12,451 nt of DNA from an uncultured Eubacteriales bacterium (lineage in GTDB: Bacteria; Bacillota; Clostridia; TANB77; RGIG9151): positions 1 through 12,451 of the forward strand of contig CAYZJZ010000028.1 in assembly GCA_964478905.1 (NCBI GenBank), in the 5' to 3' direction. This document shows, piece by piece, positions 9,474 to 12,451 of the stretch. The position numbers and the translations under genes were made by a program. Each line of letters opens with the position of its first letter. The stretch's first letter is position 1. The notes beneath the pieces were generated by a model that had not been told where the DNA came from, did not search any database, and was given only the letters and a program-made list of their open reading frames with translations.

Positions 9474-11450
9474 GTGATAATTGTGAAAAAGAAGTCTGAT
9501 GCACTTGATATTATAAATGTTTATAATATTATAATTATTGTACTTGGAACGGTGTTTTATTTCCTATTACCAACTTTATTAAATTTTGCACCGGGTTCAT
9601 ATAATAGCTATTTTGAAACTCAGATAGATGCCGGAATGAATTATGTTGTTCAATTTGTTTTAGCTATATTTGCAGTTATTGTTATTGTAGATATTTTTGT
9701 GTGGTTTCAGTTTAAAGAGATTAAAGGATTGAATAAAATTACTGAAAATAGAGATAAAATAGTAAGAATTAAAACAAAGTGCTTTAGACTTCCTTTTCGA
9801 TTATATTTGTATGAGATAAGTATAATTCCGGTAATAATTGCAGCGGTTTTATGGATAACTAAGACGGAGATAGGGTTAATTGTAAAGATTACTGTATTAA
9901 TATTTTTGTTTGCCACAGTTCTTTCTATATGTGCATATATTTTTACTAAAAACAAAATGAAAAAACTTTTTAGTAGAATAAATAATTTTGAAATATGTGG
10001 AGGAAAATCTAATCTAAATTTATCTACTAAGACATTTCTCCAAATTTTTCCGCTTTTTTTAGTTATTGCTGTGTTTTTAGCGTTTTTAGGATATGCAAGA
10101 TTGGTATATGAAAAAGGTATAATAAGGTTTGAGGAAACAAAAACTAAATTATGTGAAAATATACCGGCAACTTTAGAAAGCGAAAAAGAATTAATTGACA
10201 GTATAAATAAAATATCTTTTTCTAATATTGAAAACGAAATATTTATAATAAAAAATGATGAAGTAATGTTTTATGAAGGTAGTCCACTAAGTAGTTTTTT
10301 CGTAAAATATGCAACAGTTTTAGGCAAAGAATATGATGGGCATTTATATGACTATTATGGTTCAGATATTCAAGGAACGGCGATATATAGAGAGATAGAA
10401 GATGTTAATTATATAGTTGGCGTAAAGTATAATTTAGCTTCAAGTGAGATAATATTAATTTTGGTTGAAAGTATTGTTTTTATGTTGATTTTATCGGCAT
10501 TTGTACTTGTGTTTTTATGTAAAGATATAGCTGATGATATTAGTATGGTAGGAAACTATTTATTCAAACTTTCTGAGCAATCAAGTATTGATTATAATAA
10601 GAAACTTCCTGTTACTTCTAATGACGAAATAGGGGAGCTTGTTATTGCTTTTAATAAAATCTTGGACTTAGAAAAGAACAATATAGAGACTATGACACGA
10701 AATCAAGAAATTTTGGTTGAACAGGAGCGTTTGTCGTCTTTAGGTCAATTAATCGGAGGTATTGCTCATAACTTAAAAACTCCGATAATGTCTATTTCCG
10801 GAGCTTTAGAAGGTATTGAAGACTTAATTAAAGAGTATGATGAATCTATTGAAGATAATCAAGTTACTAAAGAGGATCATCATCAAATTGCGGGAGAAAT
10901 GGCTGAATGGATAACTAAAATAAGACCGTATTTATCGTATATGACTGAAGTTATTGATGCGGTAAAAGGACAAGCCGTTTCTATGAACGCATCTACTGTT
11001 GGAGAGTTTTCAGCGGAGGAGCTTATCGCAAGGACCCAAATTTTAATGAAAAATGAGTTAAAAAGGCGTCATTGTAATTTGAATTTAGACCTAAATATAA
11101 GTGAAAATACCCATATAAAGGGTGAAATAAGTGCTATTGTTCAAGTTATGGATAATTTAATCATAAATGCAATGGATGCTTATGGAGAAAATGGTGGAAA
11201 TATAGATATTAAAGTTAGAGAGGATAGCGAAAAGATTTATATAGAAGTAGCTGACCTTGCAGGCGGAATAGCCGAAACTGTAAAAGATAAGTTATTTAAG
11301 GAAATGATAACTTCTAAAGGTAAAAACGGAACAGGGTTAGGACTTTATATGTGTTATTCTACTATTAAAGGTAAGTTCGATGGAGATATGTGGTTTGAAA
11401 GTAAAGAAGGTGTTGGAACAACTTTCCATATTGTACTTAATAGATTATAG
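9474..11450 (+). CDS. Membrane sensor histidine kinase (6 TM, extracytoplasmic loop, HAMP, HisKA, HATPase_c); no cognate response regulator in the window
   Basis: Non-ATG start: GTG 9474 or GTG 9483. The first ATG is codon 55, inside the predicted TM2, and the SD-like element is only weak (GAAAAGAG, 9466-9473). Hydrophobic segments fall at about aa 16-37, 56-79, 108-129, 133-157, 187-209 and 325-349, and the Lys/Arg-rich loops fit positive-inside topology. HAMP-like NDEIGELVIAFNKIL is present. The H-box is LGQLIGGIAHNLKTPI (His codon 10767-10769), the N-box DNLIINAMDA, G1 DLAGGI and G2 GTGLGLYM. Stop TAG is at 11448-11450. Confidence 0.9.
   Translation: MIIVKKKSDALDIINVYNIIIIVLGTVFYFLLPTLLNFAPGSYNSYFETQIDAGMNYVVQFVLAIFAVIVIVDIFVWFQFKEIKGLNKITENRDKIVRIKTKCFRLPFRLYLYEISIIPVIIAAVLWITKTEIGLIVKITVLIFLFATVLSICAYIFTKNKMKKLFSRINNFEICGGKSNLNLSTKTFLQIFPLFLVIAVFLAFLGYARLVYEKGIIRFEETKTKLCENIPATLESEKELIDSINKISFSNIENEIFIIKNDEVMFYEGSPLSSFFVKYATVLGKEYDGHLYDYYGSDIQGTAIYREIEDVNYIVGVKYNLASSEIILILVESIVFMLILSAFVLVFLCKDIADDISMVGNYLFKLSEQSSIDYNKKLPVTSNDEIGELVIAFNKILDLEKNNIETMTRNQEILVEQERLSSLGQLIGGIAHNLKTPIMSISGALEGIEDLIKEYDESIEDNQVTKEDHHQIAGEMAEWITKIRPYLSYMTEVIDAVKGQAVSMNASTVGEFSAEELIARTQILMKNELKRRHCNLNLDLNISENTHIKGEISAIVQVMDNLIINAMDAYGENGGNIDIKVREDSEKIYIEVADLAGGIAETVKDKLFKEMITSKGKNGTGLGLYMCYSTIKGKFDGDMWFESKEGVGTTFHIVLNRL
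10101..10445 (+). other. Predicted extracytoplasmic sensor loop of the kinase (about 115 aa between TM5 and TM6)
   Basis: The loop is flanked by hydrophobic helices and is mixed alpha/beta-looking (..IFIIKNDEVMFYEGS..GTAIYREIEDVNYIVGVKY..), which is compatible with a small PDC/Cache-like fold. The fold assignment is inference only. Confidence 0.45.
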
Positions 11451-11590
11451 AATTAGTTTTAGGATTGCATATGCAGTTTGCGGTAAAAGGTTAATAGAAC
11501 ACTTTGCTTTACCTCGTTTAATAAAAATATTTTTGTGGATATCATATTTTTGCCTTATTAGCATAAGCATATAAAAAAGGAGGGTAAAAA

Positions 11591-12451
11591 ATGAAAAAAA
11601 TACTTTTTACCGGTTCAGGTGTTGCACTTGTTACACCGTTTACAAATGACGGAATTAATTTTGATGTCCTAAAAGAGTTAATTGACTTTCATATTGAAAA
11701 TGAAACTGATGCAATTGTTGTTTGCGGAACTACTGGAGAACCTTCTACTATGACAGCGGAAGAATGGAAATCTGTTATAGATTTTACTGTAAAAAATGTT
11801 AATGGCCGTGTAACTGTAATTGCCGGAACTGGATCTAATGATACAAATGAAGCTGAAAGAAGAACAAAAGTTGCAAAGGAGCTAGGCGTGGACGGGGCTT
11901 TGGTTGTGACTCCATATTATAACAAAACTACACAACGAGGAATTATTGAGCATTATAAATGTATAAACGAAGTAGGTATTCCTGTTATAGTTTATAATGT
12001 GCCGTCTAGAACAGGTCTTAATATAAATTCAAAAACAGCTTATGAACTTTCAAAGTTAGAAAATATCGTTGGCATAAAAGAAGCGAGCGGAAATTTTTCA
12101 CAAATTGCTGAGATAGTTTCATTATGTGGCGATGAGTTACATATCTATTCCGGAAATGATGACCAAGTTTTACCTATACTTGCTTTAGGTGGGAAAGGGG
12201 TTATATCTGTTTCGGCGAATGTAATTCCGAACGATACTCACCTTATGGTAAAGAGCTTTTTTGATGGCGACATTGAAACAAGTAGAGAGTTACAGCTAAA
12301 GGCGATAGATTTAATTAATACTTTGTTTTTTGAAACTAATCCAATTCCGGTAAAAGAAGCAGTTCGCCAAATTGGTTTTGATGTTGGAAAGTGCAGGTTA
12401 CCGCTTATAGATGTAGATGAGAAAGGTCAATTAAAGATTTCAGAAGCTTTA
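11591..12451 (+). CDS. dapA: 4-hydroxy-tetrahydrodipicolinate synthase (3' end outside the window)
   Basis: It is absent from the ORF track because it runs off the window. AAGGAGGG (11577-11584) lies 6 nt before ATG 11591. The translation MKKILFTGSGVALVTPFTNDGINFD...VVCGTTGEPSTMT...TPYYNK...VYNVPSRTG...VGIKEASGN shows the DapA GTTGE, YN-P-RT and Schiff-base Lys (codon 12077-12079) motifs. The frame stays open to 12451. Confidence 0.95.
   Translation, partial: MKKILFTGSGVALVTPFTNDGINFDVLKELIDFHIENETDAIVVCGTTGEPSTMTAEEWKSVIDFTVKNVNGRVTVIAGTGSNDTNEAERRTKVAKELGVDGALVVTPYYNKTTQRGIIEHYKCINEVGIPVIVYNVPSRTGLNINSKTAYELSKLENIVGIKEASGNFSQIAEIVSLCGDELHIYSGNDDQVLPILALGGKGVISVSANVIPNDTHLMVKSFFDGDIETSRELQLKAIDLINTLFFETNPIPVKEAVRQIGFDVGKCRLPLIDVDEKGQLKISEAL

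Noticed and set aside
5299-9955. Minus-strand ORFs nested in the NRPS and kinase (5299-5574, 5694-6053, 6954-7139, 7242-7460, 8575-8802, 9707-9955)
   Set aside because: These are shadow ORFs opposite well-supported domain-bearing genes, with no motifs or RBSs.
11466-11475. Perfect 10-bp palindrome TGCATATGCA just after the kinase stop
   Set aside because: A single 10-bp palindrome in a 140-nt AT-rich gap is roughly what chance allows. It is too short and has no loop, so it cannot act as a terminator. It is mentioned only as a possible protein-binding site.
11380-11574. 64-aa plus-strand ORF overlapping the kinase 3' end and running into the dapA leader
   Set aside because: It overlaps the conserved HATPase G2 region in another frame, has no SD and has no recognisable features. 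It is probably spurious.

Overview
AT-rich, Firmicutes-like window (inference from codon style, GGAGG-type RBSs and gene content). Housekeeping genes flank an accessory block. Left: the 3' part of rpoB (2-1105) and complete rpoC (1134-4754), closed by a strong bidirectional intrinsic terminator. Right: the 5' part of dapA (11591 to window end). The block between them (about 4782-11450) holds three genes. (i) A 53-codon Cys-rich ORF on the minus strand that is missing from the ORF track, is DUF1540-like and converges on rpoC. (ii) A divergent intergenic region carrying a duplicated bipartite TAAGAT repeat. (iii) A single-module NRPS of 1439-1441 aa with C-A-T-R architecture. By-eye extraction of its A-domain specificity residues gives DFWNIGMVHK, the canonical threonine code. 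Its C domain looks like a lipoinitiation (starter) type, and its terminal reductase keeps the Rossmann and YxxxK motifs. (iv) A six-TM sensor histidine kinase follows 14 nt downstream, with an extracytoplasmic loop, HAMP, HisKA and HATPase regions and no response regulator in the window. The NRPS plus orphan kinase cassette, in the position where many Firmicutes carry rpsL-rpsG-fusA-tuf after rpoC, is the best candidate for an undescribed small-molecule or signalling system. No tRNA, rRNA, CRISPR, transposase or integrase was recognised.
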